From positions 1-24,776 of IMG/VR virus record IMGVR_UViG_2778261457_000006: a stretch of 24,776 bases of DNA; one strand, 5' to 3'. This DNA comes from a virus. Lineage: Duplodnaviria > Heunggongvirae > Uroviricota > Caudoviricetes. The position numbers and the translations under genes were made by a program. Positions 6,409-17,886 of this stretch are shown piece after piece. Position 1 is the first letter of the stretch. Each line of letters begins with the position of its first letter. The notes beneath the pieces were generated by a model. The model saw nothing but the letters and a program-made list of their open reading frames with translations, did no database searches and had not been told where the DNA came from.

Positions 6409-7885
6409 TAACTTGAGCGACGAAGAGCAAATCGAATTGCTCGAGCTACTCGAAGAAGAAGAGAACTACCGTAACACACACCTGCTATATGAATTTACGC
6501 CATACAGCAAACAGCGTGAGTTCATCGACGCCGGGCATGACTATCCAGAGCGCTGTTTTATGGCTGGTAACCAGCTTGGTAAGTCATTTACTGGTGCTGC
6601 TGAAGTCGCGTTTCACCTTACCGGGCGTTATCCGGGCACAAAAGGCTATCCTGCTGATGGTAAATATGGCGGTGAGTGGAAAGGTAAGCGTTTTTATGAG
6701 CCTGTTGTCTTTTGGATTGGTGGCGAGACAAACGAGACTGTAACCAAAACGACTCAACGCATCCTGTGTGGTCGTATCGAAGAGAATGGTGAGCCAGGCT
6801 ACGGTTCCATACCGAAAGAAGACATCATTAGCTGGAAGAAGTCTCCTTTCTTTCCGAACCTTGTTGATCATCTTCTGGTTAAGCATCACACGGCTGATGG
6901 CGTTGAAGATGGCATTTCAATCTGCTACTTCAAGCCATACTCGCAAGGCCGTGCTCGCTGGCAGGGTGATACAATCCATGGCGTGTGGTTTGACGAAGAA
7001 CCACCATACAGCATTTATGGCGAAGGCCTTACCCGTACCAACAAATACGGGCAATTCTCAATTCTGACGTTTACCCCGCTGATGGGGATGTCTGACGTTG
7101 TTACCAAGTTCCTGAAGAATCCCAGCAAGTCGCAGAAAGTGGTCAACATGACCATCTACGACGCTGAGCACTACACCGACGAGCAAAAAGAGCAAATCAT
7201 CGCATCCTATCCCGAGCATGAGAGAGAGGCGCGTGCTCGCGGTATTCCTACGATGGGTAGCGGTCGAATCTTCCAGATACCGGAAGAGACGATTAAGTGT
7301 CAGCCGTTCGAGTGTCCGGATCACTTCTACGTAATTGGCGGGATGGATTTCGGATGGGATCACCCACAGGCGCAGGTTCAGCTTTGGTGGGATAAGGACG
7401 CAGACATAATCTACCTTTCACGCGTGTGGAAGGCGAAAGAAAAGACAGCCGTTCAGGCGTGGGGAGCCGTTAAACCATGGGCGCATAAAGTGCCAACCGC
7501 ATGGCCCCATGACGGAAACCAGCACGAGAAGGGCGGCGGTGAGCAGCTCAAAGGGCAGTATGCGGACGCTGGATTTATGATGTTGCAGGAGCATGCGACA
7601 TGGCCTGATGGCGGCAATGCTGTTGAGCCTGGAATCACTGAATTGCGCGACATGATGCTAGATGGTCGCTTCAAGGTATTCAACACCTGTGAACCATTCT
7701 TTGAGGAATTCCGCCTCTATCACCGTGATGAAAACGGGAAGATCGTCAAGCTTAACGACGACGTTCTCTCAGCCGTTCGCTATGCATACATGATGCGCCG
7801 CTTCGCCAAAATGATGCGCGACATCAAAAAACCAAAAGAGAAAAAGATACCAGCCCCAATCAGGCCCATCGCACGGAGAACTTAA
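6386..7885 (+). CDS. terminase large subunit (P22 gp2-like, 499 aa)
   Basis: Full-length match to recalled P22 gp2 ([37 protein letters not shown]...). Walker A-like GNQLGKS. Confidence 0.93.
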   Translation: MELDAILDNLSDEEQIELLELLEEEENYRNTHLLYEFTPYSKQREFIDAGHDYPERCFMAGNQLGKSFTGAAEVAFHLTGRYPGTKGYPADGKYGGEWKGKRFYEPVVFWIGGETNETVTKTTQRILCGRIEENGEPGYGSIPKEDIISWKKSPFFPNLVDHLLVKHHTADGVEDGISICYFKPYSQGRARWQGDTIHGVWFDEEPPYSIYGEGLTRTNKYGQFSILTFTPLMGMSDVVTKFLKNPSKSQKVVNMTIYDAEHYTDEQKEQIIASYPEHEREARARGIPTMGSGRIFQIPEETIKCQPFECPDHFYVIGGMDFGWDHPQAQVQLWWDKDADIIYLSRVWKAKEKTAVQAWGAVKPWAHKVPTAWPHDGNQHEKGGGEQLKGQYADAGFMMLQEHATWPDGGNAVEPGITELRDMMLDGRFKVFNTCEPFFEEFRLYHRDENGKIVKLNDDVLSAVRYAYMMRRFAKMMRDIKKPKEKKIPAPIRPIARRT

Positions 7886-10051
7886 ATGGCCGACGAAAAC
7901 AGACTCAATTCCATTCTGTGTAAGTTTGACGCGGACTGGATGGCGAGCGATGAAGCCAGAACCGAGGCGACAAATGACCTGTATTTTAGCCGAGTGTCGC
8001 AATGGGATGACTGGCTATCAAACTACACCACCCTGCAATATCGCGGACAATTCGATGTTGTTCGCCCGGTGGTCAGGAAGCTGGTCGCAGAGATGCGCCG
8101 GAACCCTATCGACGTTCTCTTCCGACCCAAAGACGGCGCTAATCCTGATGCAGCCGATGTGTTGATGGGGATGTATCGTACTGATATGCGCCATAATACG
8201 GCAAAAATTGCCGTTAACGTTGGCGTTCGTGAGCAGATAGAGTCAGGCGTTGGTGCATGGCGTCTGGTCACGCAGTACGAAGACAACGATCCAACAAGCA
8301 ACAATCAGGTAATCCGACGCCTGCCAATCCATGAAGCCTGCTCACACGTCATATGGGACGCCAACAGCAAGCAGATGGATAAGAGCGACGCTAAGCACTG
8401 CACGGTGATTAACGCCTTGTCACGCAATGGCTGGAAAGAGTTCGCAGAGGATTACGGTATTGATCCGGATACCTTGCCATCTTTCCAGAATCCGAACGAC
8501 ACATGGCTGTTTCCGTGGGTATCGAATGATGTCGTCTACGTCGCTGAGTATTACGAGGTAGAAGAGAAGAAGGAGAAAGTCTTCATCTACCGCGACCCGC
8601 TGACAGGTGAGCCGGTCAGCTATTACCAGCAGGATATCAAAGACGTCATCGACGACCTGGCTAATCGTGGATTCATTAAGGTAGCAGAGCGTAAGGTCAA
8701 GCGTCGGCGTGTGTATAAGTCGATCATCACCTGCACGCAGATACTGAAAGACCGCGAGAAGATAGCTGGAGAGCATATCCCAATCGTTCCTGTGTACGGC
8801 GAATGGTCATTCGCTGGTGACAAGGAGTGCTACGAGGGCGTGGTAAGGCTGACGAAAGACGGTCAACGCCTTCGTAACATGATCATGTCGTTCAACGCCG
8901 ATATTGTTGCTCGTTCACCGAAGAAGAAACCTACCTTCTTCCCTGAGCAAATCGAAGGCTACGAATACATGTACGGTGGAAATGATGACTATCCGTACTA
9001 TCTGCAGAACAGGACCGATGAAAACGGTAACGACCTGCCGATTGGTCCAATCTCCTACATGGAAAACCCTGAAGTGCCGCAAGCCAACGCTTACATGCTT
9101 GAGGCTGCCACCAACGCAGTGAAAGAGGTGGCTAGTCTTGGCGTGGATGCGCAGGCGGCAAACTCTCAGGTCGCTTTCGATACCGTCAATCAACTGAACA
9201 TGCGGGCAGATCTTGAGACATACGTGTTTCAGGATAACCTGGCTACCGCAATGCGACGTGATGGCGAGATTTATGCCTCAATGGTCAACGATATTTATGA
9301 CGTTCCTCGTCATGTAACGCTGACACTTGAAGATGGAAGCGAGAAAGACGTTCAACTCTATGCGCAAGTTGTAGATTACCAGTCTGGCAATGTGGTCACA
9401 CTCAACGATATTCGCGGTCGCTATGAGTGCTATACAGACGTTGGACCATCCTTCCAGAGCATGAAGGAACAGAACCGCGCAGAGATTCAGGAATTGCTCA
9501 CCAAGGTTCCGCAAGGTACTCCAGAGTTCCAGATGCTGATGCTGCAATACTTCACGCTCCTTGACGGTAAAGGCGTCGAGATGATGCGAGAGTACGCGAA
9601 CAAGCAACTGGTGATGATGGGGCTGAAGAAACCAGAAACACCTGAAGAGATGGAGATGGTACAACAGGCGCAACAGCAGCCGCAGCAGCCATCAGCAGAG
9701 CAAATTCAGGCGCAGGGTATCCTTCTGCAAGGCCAGGCTGAATTGCTCAAGGCAGAGAACCAACAAGCGCAGATTCAGGTTGAAGCCGCCAAGGTTGAAG
9801 CCCAAAACCAACTCAACGCCGCGAAGATTGCAGAAATCTTCAACAATATGGACCTCGACAAGCAGGCAGAACTGCGTGAGTACCTCAAGCTCGTAGGTCA
9901 ATTCCAGCAACAGCGCAGCAAAGATGCTCGTGCTAACGCTGAGCTGCTTCTTAAAGATGCAGACCAGACTCATTCACAACGCATGGATTTCGCGAATCTT
10001 ATGCGTCAAGTTCAAATCCCCTCCGGCGGAGTAGCCGAGACACCTCAATAA
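7886..10051 (+). CDS. portal protein (P22 gp1-like, 721 aa)
   Basis: Full-length match to recalled P22 portal (..[32 protein letters not shown].., C-terminal Gln-rich barrel region). Confidence 0.93.
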   Translation: MADENRLNSILCKFDADWMASDEARTEATNDLYFSRVSQWDDWLSNYTTLQYRGQFDVVRPVVRKLVAEMRRNPIDVLFRPKDGANPDAADVLMGMYRTDMRHNTAKIAVNVGVREQIESGVGAWRLVTQYEDNDPTSNNQVIRRLPIHEACSHVIWDANSKQMDKSDAKHCTVINALSRNGWKEFAEDYGIDPDTLPSFQNPNDTWLFPWVSNDVVYVAEYYEVEEKKEKVFIYRDPLTGEPVSYYQQDIKDVIDDLANRGFIKVAERKVKRRRVYKSIITCTQILKDREKIAGEHIPIVPVYGEWSFAGDKECYEGVVRLTKDGQRLRNMIMSFNADIVARSPKKKPTFFPEQIEGYEYMYGGNDDYPYYLQNRTDENGNDLPIGPISYMENPEVPQANAYMLEAATNAVKEVASLGVDAQAANSQVAFDTVNQLNMRADLETYVFQDNLATAMRRDGEIYASMVNDIYDVPRHVTLTLEDGSEKDVQLYAQVVDYQSGNVVTLNDIRGRYECYTDVGPSFQSMKEQNRAEIQELLTKVPQGTPEFQMLMLQYFTLLDGKGVEMMREYANKQLVMMGLKKPETPEEMEMVQQAQQQPQQPSAEQIQAQGILLQGQAELLKAENQQAQIQVEAAKVEAQNQLNAAKIAEIFNNMDLDKQAELREYLKLVGQFQQQRSKDARANAELLLKDADQTHSQRMDFANLMRQVQIPSGGVAETPQ

Positions 10052-10064
10052 GAGAGAGTTAATC

Positions 10065-10976
10065 ATGGACCAAACCACCGACATTCAGGCTTCTGAAGAG
10101 TTAACCCTGCCCGGCAATCATGCAGCGGCATCTGCTGATGGCTTAGTTGTCGATAATGCCAACGACAACGCAGGTCAGGAAGAAGGCTTCGAGATTGTCC
10201 TGAAAGACGATGAGAAACCAAAACAAGACCCGGCAACTAATGCTGAATTTGCCCGTCGCCGCATCGAACGCAAACGCCAGCGTGAGCTTGAGCAGCAGAT
10301 GGAAGCGGTTAAGCGAGGGGAGTTGCCGGAGCACCTGCGGGTGAACCCTGAGTTACCAAAACAACCAGACCCTAACGATTATCTTTCCGAAGATGCACTG
10401 GCTAAGTACGACTATGACCAGAGCCGCGCACTGGCTGCCTTCCAGCAGGCAAACAGTGAATGGCAGATCAAGGCTATGGACGCACGAAGCCAGGCTGTCG
10501 CCGAGCAGGGTCGCAAAACTCAGGAGTTCACCCAGCAATCAGCGCAATACGTCGAGGCAGCCCGTAAGCACTACGACGCAGCGGAAAAGCTCAATATCCC
10601 TGACTATCAGGAGAAAGAGGATACATTCATGCAACTGGTGCCGCCAGCAGTCGGTGCCGACATCATGCGCCTCTTCCCGGAGAAATCCGCCGCTCTCATG
10701 TATCACCTTGGTGCTAATCCTGAGAAAACACGCCAGTTGCTGGCGATGGACGGGCAATCCGCGCTGATTGAACTCACTCGACTGTCAGAACGTTTAACTC
10801 TCAAGCCTAGAGCCAAACCTGTTTCAGAAGCCCCGCTACCTGATGAACCCATTCAGGGACACGCTGTTGCTGCAAATATCTCTGCGATTGAAAAGCAGAT
10901 GGAAGCGGCAGCAAACAAAGGGGATGTAGAGACATATCGCAAGCTCAAGGCGCAACTGAATAAAGGAATTCGATAA
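10065..10976 (+). CDS. scaffolding protein (P22 gp8-like, 303 aa)
   Basis: Match to recalled P22 gp8 (..[29 protein letters not shown].., C-terminal ..[13 protein letters not shown]..). Confidence 0.9.
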   Translation: MDQTTDIQASEELTLPGNHAAASADGLVVDNANDNAGQEEGFEIVLKDDEKPKQDPATNAEFARRRIERKRQRELEQQMEAVKRGELPEHLRVNPELPKQPDPNDYLSEDALAKYDYDQSRALAAFQQANSEWQIKAMDARSQAVAEQGRKTQEFTQQSAQYVEAARKHYDAAEKLNIPDYQEKEDTFMQLVPPAVGADIMRLFPEKSAALMYHLGANPEKTRQLLAMDGQSALIELTRLSERLTLKPRAKPVSEAPLPDEPIQGHAVAANISAIEKQMEAAANKGDVETYRKLKAQLNKGIR

Positions 10977-12271
10977 TGGCATTAAATGAAGGTCAACTGG
11001 TCACGTATGCTCTGGATGAAATCATCGAAACCGTCCAGAACCTGACGCCAATGGCGTCCAAAGTGACAAAATACACCCCTCCGGCAGAATCCATGCAACG
11101 TTCAAGCAACACCGTGTGGATGCCTGTTGAGCAGGAAGCGCCAACTCAGACTGGCTGGGATTTAACTGGCAAAGCAACCGGGATTCTGGAACTCTCCGTG
11201 AAATGCAACATGGGCGATCCGGATAACGATTTCTTCGAGCTTCGTGCAGATGACCTGCGTGATGAGCGTTCTTACCGTCGCCGCATCCAGGCATCCGCCA
11301 AAAAATTGGCGAATAACATTGAGTCAGCAATTGCCAAACAGGCAACCGAAATGGGCTCACTTGTTGTTCACGATACCCGCGCAATTGGTCCATCTACTGG
11401 CCTGTCTGGCTGGGATTTTGTGTCTGATGCAGAGCGACTGATGTTCTCCCGCGAACTCAACCGCGACATGGGAATCAGTTACTTCCTGAACCCTGACGAT
11501 TACCGCAAAGCAGGCCGCAACCTGGTAGATGGTGACATCTTTGGGCGCGTTCCTGAAGAAGCGTATCGTAACGGTACTATTCAGCGTCAGATTGCTGGCT
11601 TTGATGAAATTCTTCGCTCACCGAAACTTCCGGCAGTTACCAAGTCAACCGCTACTGGTGTAACTGTTTCTGGTGCGCAGAAGTTTAAGCCGCAGGCATA
11701 CACCCTTGATACCGATGGTAACAAAGAGAACGTCGACAACCGTGTTGCAACGGTGACCGTATCCTCAACCACCGGATTTAAGCGCGGCGACAAAATCAGC
11801 TTCACTGGTGTGAAATTCCTGTCTCAGATGGCGAAGAACGTGCTGACTGATGATGCTACTTTCTCAATCACCCGTGTGATCGATGGTACTCACATAGAAA
11901 TCACGCCGAAGCCGATTGCGCTTGATGACGCTTCACTGACAAAAGAAGAGAAGGCTTACGCTAACGTAAACACCTCTCTTGCTGATACCACTCCGGTAAA
12001 CGTTCTGAACGTGGCAACAACCACCGCTAACGTGTTCTGGGCTGATGACTCAATCCGTCTGCTGTCTCAGCCGATCCCGGTAACCCATGAACTGTTTGCT
12101 GGCATGAAAACGTCTTCCTTCAGCATTCCTGGTATTGGTGTTAACGGCATCTTCGCAACGCAGGGAGATATCAACACCCTGTCTGGTAAGTGCCGTATTG
12201 CTGTGTGGTATTCAGCATGTGCTGTACGACCAGAGGCAATTGGTGTTGGTCTGCCTAACCAGACTGCGTGA
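10976..12271 (+). CDS. major coat protein (P22 gp5-like, 431 aa)
   Basis: Match to recalled P22 coat protein (MALNEGQ..., ..[11 protein letters not shown].., ..GTIQRQ.AGFD.., C-terminal ..[13 protein letters not shown]). Confidence 0.93.
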   Translation: MALNEGQLVTYALDEIIETVQNLTPMASKVTKYTPPAESMQRSSNTVWMPVEQEAPTQTGWDLTGKATGILELSVKCNMGDPDNDFFELRADDLRDERSYRRRIQASAKKLANNIESAIAKQATEMGSLVVHDTRAIGPSTGLSGWDFVSDAERLMFSRELNRDMGISYFLNPDDYRKAGRNLVDGDIFGRVPEEAYRNGTIQRQIAGFDEILRSPKLPAVTKSTATGVTVSGAQKFKPQAYTLDTDGNKENVDNRVATVTVSSTTGFKRGDKISFTGVKFLSQMAKNVLTDDATFSITRVIDGTHIEITPKPIALDDASLTKEEKAYANVNTSLADTTPVNVLNVATTTANVFWADDSIRLLSQPIPVTHELFAGMKTSSFSIPGIGVNGIFATQGDINTLSGKCRIAVWYSACAVRPEAIGVGLPNQTA

Positions 12272-12279
12272 TAACCAGA

Positions 12280-12301
12280 GGGAGCTTCGGCTCCCTTTTT
12301 T
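12280..12301 (+). terminator. rho-independent terminator after the coat gene (GC stem with UUCG tetraloop)
   Basis: gggagc-ttcg-gctccc followed by TTTTTT, 9 nt after the coat stop codon. Confidence 0.75.
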
Positions 12302-12315
12302 ATCTGGAGACAAGC

Positions 12316-12594
12316 ATGACACACATGATCTTTCGTCATGGCGACATGAAGAAGTGGAAAGGCGTTGGCTACGACTTTGAAATCGTGAAAGCCGAAGAGC
12401 TTCAGGAATATCTGGATGCTGGCTGGTTTTCACATCCTGATGACCTTTTGAAGGATGTTGCAGAGCCAGAGCAAGAGCCAGAGCCAGAGCCAGAGCCAGA
12501 GCAAGAGCCAGAGCCAGAGCAAGAAGAAAAACAGCGTAAAAAGCCTGGTCGAAAACCTAAGGCGGCAGCAGATGAACCTGACAACGAAGGGTGA
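12316..12594 (+). CDS. small hypothetical protein (92 aa) with acidic (EP/EQ)n repeat linker and basic C-terminus
   Basis: GGAGA (12306-12310) then ATG 12316. Translation [92 protein letters not shown]. Its 3' end overlaps the gp4 start by 23 nt. Not recognised. Confidence 0.5.
   Translation: MTHMIFRHGDMKKWKGVGYDFEIVKAEELQEYLDAGWFSHPDDLLKDVAEPEQEPEPEPEPEQEPEPEQEEKQRKKPGRKPKAAADEPDNEG
12463..12522 (+). repeat. tandem hexanucleotide repeat, 10 units of GAGCCA/GAGCAA
   Basis: Directly visible 60-bp array gagcca gagcaa gagcca gagcca gagcca gagcca gagcaa gagcca gagcca gagcaa. It produces repetitive artefact ORFs in the other frames and on the opposite strand. Confidence 0.9.
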
Positions 12595-13072
12595 TTTAGT
12601 TCTTGCGGCATTACGTAAGCTCGGTGTGGCATCAAATGCCACGTTAACCGATGTCGAACCGCAGTCTATGGAAGACGGCGTCAACGACCTTGAAATGATG
12701 ATGGCTGAATGGCTTGGCGGTGATGCGTCACCAGGTATCAACGTTGGCTACATTTTCGCTGATGCAGATGTCGCTCCAGATCCGGGCGATGAGCACGGTT
12801 TATCAAATAACGCTATCAATGCCGTCATTTTCAACCTTGCCTGCCGCATTGCTCCGGATTATGCGCTGGAAGCGTCTACAAAACTTATAACCACTGCCAG
12901 ATACGGGAAAGAGCGACTCGTCAAACTGTCTGCAATGGACAGAGCAAAAGCCGCTAAATGTAAGTCCGGTTATCCAAACCGTATGCCTGTTGGTAGCGGT
13001 AATCAGTTGGCGAAGTGGAACGGTTGGAATTACTTCCAGCGAAAGGAACCTTGCGATAACGGGAGCGAATAA
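12572..13072 (+). CDS. head completion / tail accessory factor (P22 gp4-like, 166 aa)
   Basis: Translation [41 protein letters not shown]... matches recalled P22 gp4. The ORF track's start at 12455 lies in the repeat and is likely not the real start. Confidence 0.85.
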   Translation: MNLTTKGDLVLAALRKLGVASNATLTDVEPQSMEDGVNDLEMMMAEWLGGDASPGINVGYIFADADVAPDPGDEHGLSNNAINAVIFNLACRIAPDYALEASTKLITTARYGKERLVKLSAMDRAKAAKCKSGYPNRMPVGSGNQLAKWNGWNYFQRKEPCDNGSE

Positions 13073-14490
13073 TGCCGATTCAGCAACTTCCGCTCATGAA
13101 AGGTGTCGGCAAAGACTTCCGAAATGCCGACTATATCGACTATCTGCCAGTGAATATGCTGGCTACACCCAAAGAAATCCTGAACAGCAGCGGATATCTT
13201 CGCTCATTCCCTGGCATTACCAAACGTTCTGATGTGAACGGTATATCGCGCGGTGTCGAGTACAACATGGCGCAGAATGCTGTTTATCGTGTGTGTGGCG
13301 GCAAGCTCTACAAAGGCGAAAGCGAAGTCGGTGATGTCGCCGGAAGTGGTCGTGTATCAATGGCGCATGGCCGGACATCACAGGCTGTAGGCGTTAATGG
13401 TCAACTGGTTGAGTATCGCTATGATGGCACGGTTAAAACCGTCTCAAACTGGCCTACAGACAGCGGATTCACACAGTACGAGTTAGGTTCGGTCCGTGAC
13501 ATTACGCGTTTACGTGGGCGTTATGCGTGGTCAAAAGACGGTACTGATTCATGGTTTATCACTGACCTTGAAGACGAATCGCACCCTGACCGCTACAGCG
13601 CACAATATCGTGCCGAGTCTCAGCCGGACGGCATCATCGGTATCGGGACATGGCGAGACTTCATCGTCTGCTTTGGTTCATCGACTATTGAATATTTCTC
13701 CCTTACTGGCGCAACCACCGTTGGTGCTGCTTTGTATGTCGCGCAGCCATCACTGATGGTGCAAAAAGGCATCGCCGGAACTTACTGCAAAACGCCATTC
13801 GCTGATTCTTATGCGTTCATCAGCAATCCGGCAACAGGTGCGCCGTCTGTATACATCATCGGTTCCGGTCAGGTATCACCAATCGCCAGCGCGAGCATTG
13901 AGAAAATTCTCCGCTCCTACACTGCTGATGAACTGGCTGATGGCGTGATGGAATCGCTGCGGTTTGATGCGCATGAGTTGCTGATTATCCATCTTCCGCG
14001 CCATGTTCTGGTGTACGACGCATCTTCAAGCGCCAATGGTCCGCAATGGTGTGTGCTGAAAACAGGCCTGTATGACGATGTGTACCGCGCTATCGACTTC
14101 ATTTACGAAGGCAACCAAATAACGTGCGGCGATAAGCTTGAATCGATAACAGGGAAACTGCAGTTCGATATCAGCAGCCAGTACGACAAGCAACAGGAAC
14201 ATCTTCTGTTTACTCCGCTGTTCAAAGCGGATAACGCCAGAGTGTTCGACCTTGAGGTTGAATCGTCAACTGGCGTTGCTCAGTATGCTGACCGCCTGTT
14301 CCTCTCTGCAACCACTGACGGCATAAATTACGGTCGTGAGCAGATGATTGAGCAGAATGAACCGTTCGTTTATGACAAACGTGTTTTGTGGAAGCGAGTC
14401 GGGCGTATCAGGAAAAATGTCGGCTTCAAATTGCGCGTTATCACGAAGTCACCTGTCACTCTGTCTGGCGCTCAGATAAGGATTGAGTAA
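13072..14490 (+). CDS. tail accessory factor (P22 gp10-like, 472 aa)
   Basis: Full-length match to recalled P22 gp10 ([46 protein letters not shown]...). Confidence 0.9.
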   Translation: MPIQQLPLMKGVGKDFRNADYIDYLPVNMLATPKEILNSSGYLRSFPGITKRSDVNGISRGVEYNMAQNAVYRVCGGKLYKGESEVGDVAGSGRVSMAHGRTSQAVGVNGQLVEYRYDGTVKTVSNWPTDSGFTQYELGSVRDITRLRGRYAWSKDGTDSWFITDLEDESHPDRYSAQYRAESQPDGIIGIGTWRDFIVCFGSSTIEYFSLTGATTVGAALYVAQPSLMVQKGIAGTYCKTPFADSYAFISNPATGAPSVYIIGSGQVSPIASASIEKILRSYTADELADGVMESLRFDAHELLIIHLPRHVLVYDASSSANGPQWCVLKTGLYDDVYRAIDFIYEGNQITCGDKLESITGKLQFDISSQYDKQQEHLLFTPLFKADNARVFDLEVESSTGVAQYADRLFLSATTDGINYGREQMIEQNEPFVYDKRVLWKRVGRIRKNVGFKLRVITKSPVTLSGAQIRIE

Positions 14491-15338
14491 TGGCGGATTC
14501 GAATCTCAATGTGCCGGTAATCATTCAGGCTACACGGCTCGACACATCAGTCCTTCCACGCAATATCTTCTCGCAGTCGTATCTGCTTTACGTTATCGCA
14601 CAGAGCACTGATGTTGGTAACGTGGCTAACAAGGCCAACGAGGCCGGACAGGGCGCTTATGATGCACAGGTCAGGAACGATGAGCAGGATGTGATTCTCG
14701 CTGACCATGAGCAGCGAATTTCTGCTGCGGAAGCAACGCTTGTTAATCATGAGGAGCGAATCAGCCAGGCAGAATCAACTCTTCAGGAACATGAAACGCG
14801 AATCGCTCAGAATGAAAGCGATATTGCGTCGCTTGATACCAGAGTTCAGTCGCTGGAGTCGCAGGTTTCAGACCATGAATCGCGCATCGATTCTCTGGAG
14901 TATGCCACTACTCGCAAGAAGTCAGAGGTTGTTTACTCTGGCGTATCAGTAACCATCCCGACAGCGCCGACCAACCTTGTTAGCCTGCTGAAAACGCTCA
15001 CGCCGTCATCCGGCTCGTTGGCACCATTCTTCGACACCGTTAACAACAAGATGGTTGTGTTCAACGAGAACAAAACCTTGTTCTTCAAGCTGTCGATCGT
15101 CGGGACGTGGCCCAGCGGAACCGCCAACAGGTCAATGCAGCTAACCTTTTCCGGCTCTGTTCCTGACACACTGGTAAGCAGTCGCAACTCGGCGACAACG
15201 ACCGATAACATCCTGTTAGCTACGTTCTTCAGCGTGGATAAAGACGGCTTTCTTGCCACAAATGGCAGTACGTTAACCATTCAGTCGAATGGTGCGGCGT
15301 TTACTGCCACAACCATCAAGATAATCGCGGAGCAGTGA
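14490..15338 (+). CDS. tail needle (gp26 family; 282 aa, Sf6 gp9-type with C-terminal knob)
   Basis: N-terminus [31 protein letters not shown] matches the gp26 hub-insertion domain. Central repeats DHEQRIS..NHEERIS..EHETRIA..DHESRID indicate a coiled coil. Length and C-terminal beta-rich domain fit the recalled Sf6 needle (282 aa) rather than P22 gp26 (233 aa). Confidence 0.85.
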   Translation: MADSNLNVPVIIQATRLDTSVLPRNIFSQSYLLYVIAQSTDVGNVANKANEAGQGAYDAQVRNDEQDVILADHEQRISAAEATLVNHEERISQAESTLQEHETRIAQNESDIASLDTRVQSLESQVSDHESRIDSLEYATTRKKSEVVYSGVSVTIPTAPTNLVSLLKTLTPSSGSLAPFFDTVNNKMVVFNENKTLFFKLSIVGTWPSGTANRSMQLTFSGSVPDTLVSSRNSATTTDNILLATFFSVDKDGFLATNGSTLTIQSNGAAFTATTIKIIAEQ

Positions 15339-15793
15339 TGATTCAGTTCAAACCAACGCGAAACATCGACCTGATCGAAGCAGTCGGAAATCACCCTGAC
15401 ATTATCGCCGGGAGCAACAACGGTGATGGATACGACTACAAACCTGATTGCCGTTACTTTGAGGTGAACGTGCACGGGCAGTTCGGCGGCATTGTTTACT
15501 ATCAGGAGATTCAGCCGCTGACATTCGATTGCCACGCCATGTACCTGCCAGAGATTCGCGGCTTCAGCAAGGAAATTGGGCTGGCGTTCTGGCGATACAT
15601 TCTGACTAACACCACCGTTCAGTGCGTCACATCGTTCGCCGCACGCAAATTCCGCCACGGTCAGATGTACTGCGCAATGATTGGCCTTAAGCGTGTCGGA
15701 ACCATCAAGAAATACTTTAAAGGCGTGGATGACGTGACTTTTTACAGCGCCACACGCGAAGAACTAATCGACTTCCTGAATCACGGGAGATAG
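15335..15793 (+). CDS. gp14-like virion assembly/ejection-associated protein (152 aa)
   Basis: Position between the needle and gp7 matches P22 gene 14. Called mainly by synteny. Confidence 0.6.
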   Translation: MMIQFKPTRNIDLIEAVGNHPDIIAGSNNGDGYDYKPDCRYFEVNVHGQFGGIVYYQEIQPLTFDCHAMYLPEIRGFSKEIGLAFWRYILTNTTVQCVTSFAARKFRHGQMYCAMIGLKRVGTIKKYFKGVDDVTFYSATREELIDFLNHGR

Positions 15794-15795
15794 CC

Positions 15796-16488
15796 ATGTT
15801 ATATGCATTTAAGCTGGGCAGAAAACTGCGCGGCGAGGAACCTTATTGCCCTGAAAAGGGTGGGAAAGGTGGCAGTTCTGATAAAAGCGCAAAGTATGCC
15901 GCAGAAGCTCAGAAGTATGCAGCAGACCTGCAAAATCAGCAGTGGCAGACGATCATGAAAAACCTTGCTCCGTTCACGCCTCTTGCGGAGCAGTATGTTA
16001 ACCAGTTGCAGAATCTTTCCAGTTTAGAAGGTCAGGGGCAGGCACTTAATCAGTATTACAACTCTCAGCAGTATAAAGACCTTGCAGGTCAGGCGCGTTA
16101 CCAGAGTCTTGCTGCTGCGGAGGCGACGGGTGGACTTGGTTCGACAGCCACAAGCAATCAACTGGCTACGATCGCGCCGACTCTCGGTCAGTCTTGGTTA
16201 TCAAACCAGATGAGCAATTACAACAATCTGGCAAACGTTGGGCTTGGTGCTCTGCAAGGTCAGGCAAACGCCGGGCAGACGTACGCCAACAACATGAGCA
16301 GCATTGCACAGCAAAGCGCAGCTCTTGCCGCTGCTAATGCCAACAAACCATCAAGTCTTCAGACAGCAATTAGTGGCGGAACGTCTGGTGCGATTGCCGG
16401 TGCAGGTCTTGCCAGCCTTTTGGGAACATCAACGCCTTGGGGCGCTGGCATTGGTGCTGGTATCGGATTGCTTGGCTCGTTGTTTTAA
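15796..16488 (+). CDS. ejection protein (P22 gp7-like, 230 aa)
   Basis: Translation MLYAFKLGRKLRGEEPYCPEKGGKGGSSDKSAKYAAEAQKYAADLQ... matches recalled P22 gp7. Confidence 0.85.
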   Translation: MLYAFKLGRKLRGEEPYCPEKGGKGGSSDKSAKYAAEAQKYAADLQNQQWQTIMKNLAPFTPLAEQYVNQLQNLSSLEGQGQALNQYYNSQQYKDLAGQARYQSLAAAEATGGLGSTATSNQLATIAPTLGQSWLSNQMSNYNNLANVGLGALQGQANAGQTYANNMSSIAQQSAALAAANANKPSSLQTAISGGTSGAIAGAGLASLLGTSTPWGAGIGAGIGLLGSLF

Positions 16489-16497
16489 GGGGTAATC

Positions 16498-17886
16498 ATG
16501 GCTACTTGGCAAGGAACAAACGGCGGATTGTTGGCTGGTATCGGCGGCGTCAACTCAAACGCTCCGAGCGTAAATGACATCGGCAATACGCTTCAGCTTA
16601 TCAGGCAGAACAATGATATTGAGCGTTCAGGCGCTAACAATGTTGGGCTGACTGCTTTGCAAGGCCTTTCAGGTATTGCGGGGGTGTTTCAGCAGGAAAA
16701 GCAGGCTCAGCGGCAGAAAGAATTTCAGCAGGCATACGCTAATGCTTATGCGTCTGGTGATCGCGGTGCTTTGCGTCAGTTGGCTACTCAATATCCAGAC
16801 CAGATTGAATCTGTTCGCAAAGGCATGGGATTCATTGATGAAGACCAGCGCAATTCTATCGGCACCTTAGCGGCTGGCGCACGCCTTGCTGCCTCGTCTC
16901 CAGAAGCAATGCAATCATGGCTGCAAAGCAACGCCAAGGAACTGACTCGCGTCGGTGTTGACCCTAACAACGTTGCTCAGATGTATCAGCAGAATCCTTC
17001 AGGGTTTGGTGAGTTTGTTGATCACCTTGGGATGGCTGCTCTCGGTCCGATTGACTACTTCAATGTTCAGGACAAGATGGCTGGTCGTGAGATTGACCGA
17101 GGCAGGCTGGCAGAGACAATCCGCAGCAATCAGGCTGGCGAGGCGCTAACAGCACGAGGCCAGAACATCACGATGCGCGGTCAGGACTTATCTGCTTCTA
17201 CTGCGCGACGCGGGCAGGATTTGGCAATGCAGCGAGCGTCAACAAGAGGAACCGCTGGGAATGATGAGCGTACAGTTCAGTTATCAGATGGCAGAACTGT
17301 AACGGTAGGCGGGAAACTTCACGGCGCTGGGGCTAATGCGTTCTACGAAGGCATCGACAACGAGGGGAATATGGTTCGCGTTCCTGCCAGTTCAATCGCA
17401 GCGCCTGCAACATCGTCTTCATCAGCACAAAACTATGCCATGAAGAAGGATATCGACGCGATCGCAAATGCAGACGCTTCTGCTCTCGATTTCATGACAG
17501 GAATGACAGGCGGTGCAGGTAATCCAGCAATTGGTGCTGATGTTCGCAGCCGATTAACAGGAAAAGAGCAGCGCCAGTTATATAACTCAGCACAACGTAT
17601 TCAGGGCAGAATGCAGAATCAGGGTGTGGCGGCAGCAAGGGACATGGGTGCCAGTGGTATTAACACCGTTGCAGAAGCGAAGATGTATTTTCAGGGGATG
17701 CCGCAGGTTGACTATTCAAGCCCGGAGGCTATGCAGCAGTCGATTCGTGAGATTCAGGAATACACCAACAATTACAACCAACAATATAACGTTAATGTTG
17801 GTAAATCTCAGCGGCAGCAATCTCAACCTGCACAGGTATCACAGCCAGCAGCCAGCAGTAACTTTTCTTCACTATGGGGTGATTAA
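16498..17886 (+). CDS. ejection protein (P22 gp20-like, 462 aa)
   Basis: Size, Gly/Ala/Gln-rich composition and synteny match P22 gp20. Confidence 0.8.
   Translation: MATWQGTNGGLLAGIGGVNSNAPSVNDIGNTLQLIRQNNDIERSGANNVGLTALQGLSGIAGVFQQEKQAQRQKEFQQAYANAYASGDRGALRQLATQYPDQIESVRKGMGFIDEDQRNSIGTLAAGARLAASSPEAMQSWLQSNAKELTRVGVDPNNVAQMYQQNPSGFGEFVDHLGMAALGPIDYFNVQDKMAGREIDRGRLAETIRSNQAGEALTARGQNITMRGQDLSASTARRGQDLAMQRASTRGTAGNDERTVQLSDGRTVTVGGKLHGAGANAFYEGIDNEGNMVRVPASSIAAPATSSSSAQNYAMKKDIDAIANADASALDFMTGMTGGAGNPAIGADVRSRLTGKEQRQLYNSAQRIQGRMQNQGVAAARDMGASGINTVAEAKMYFQGMPQVDYSSPEAMQQSIREIQEYTNNYNQQYNVNVGKSQRQQSQPAQVSQPAASSNFSSLWGD

Noticed and set aside
6584-9973. Several minus-strand ORFs of 77-131 aa inside the terminase and portal genes (e.g. 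6584..6889, 7058..7363, 8420..8776, 9278..9673, 9692..9973)
   Set aside because: They lie antisense within long, strongly supported conserved CDSs, lack RBSs and recognisable protein features, and are of lengths expected by chance.
12402-12741. Minus-strand ORFs with repetitive translations ([14 protein letters not shown] and [10 protein letters not shown]) and the [11 protein letters not shown]-terminal extension of the 12455 plus-strand ORF
   Set aside because: All are alternative-frame readings of the same 60-bp hexanucleotide repeat. The downstream protein (gp4) has a conserved start at 12572. A CRISPR array was also considered and rejected: the units are 6 bp, tandem, and have no spacers.
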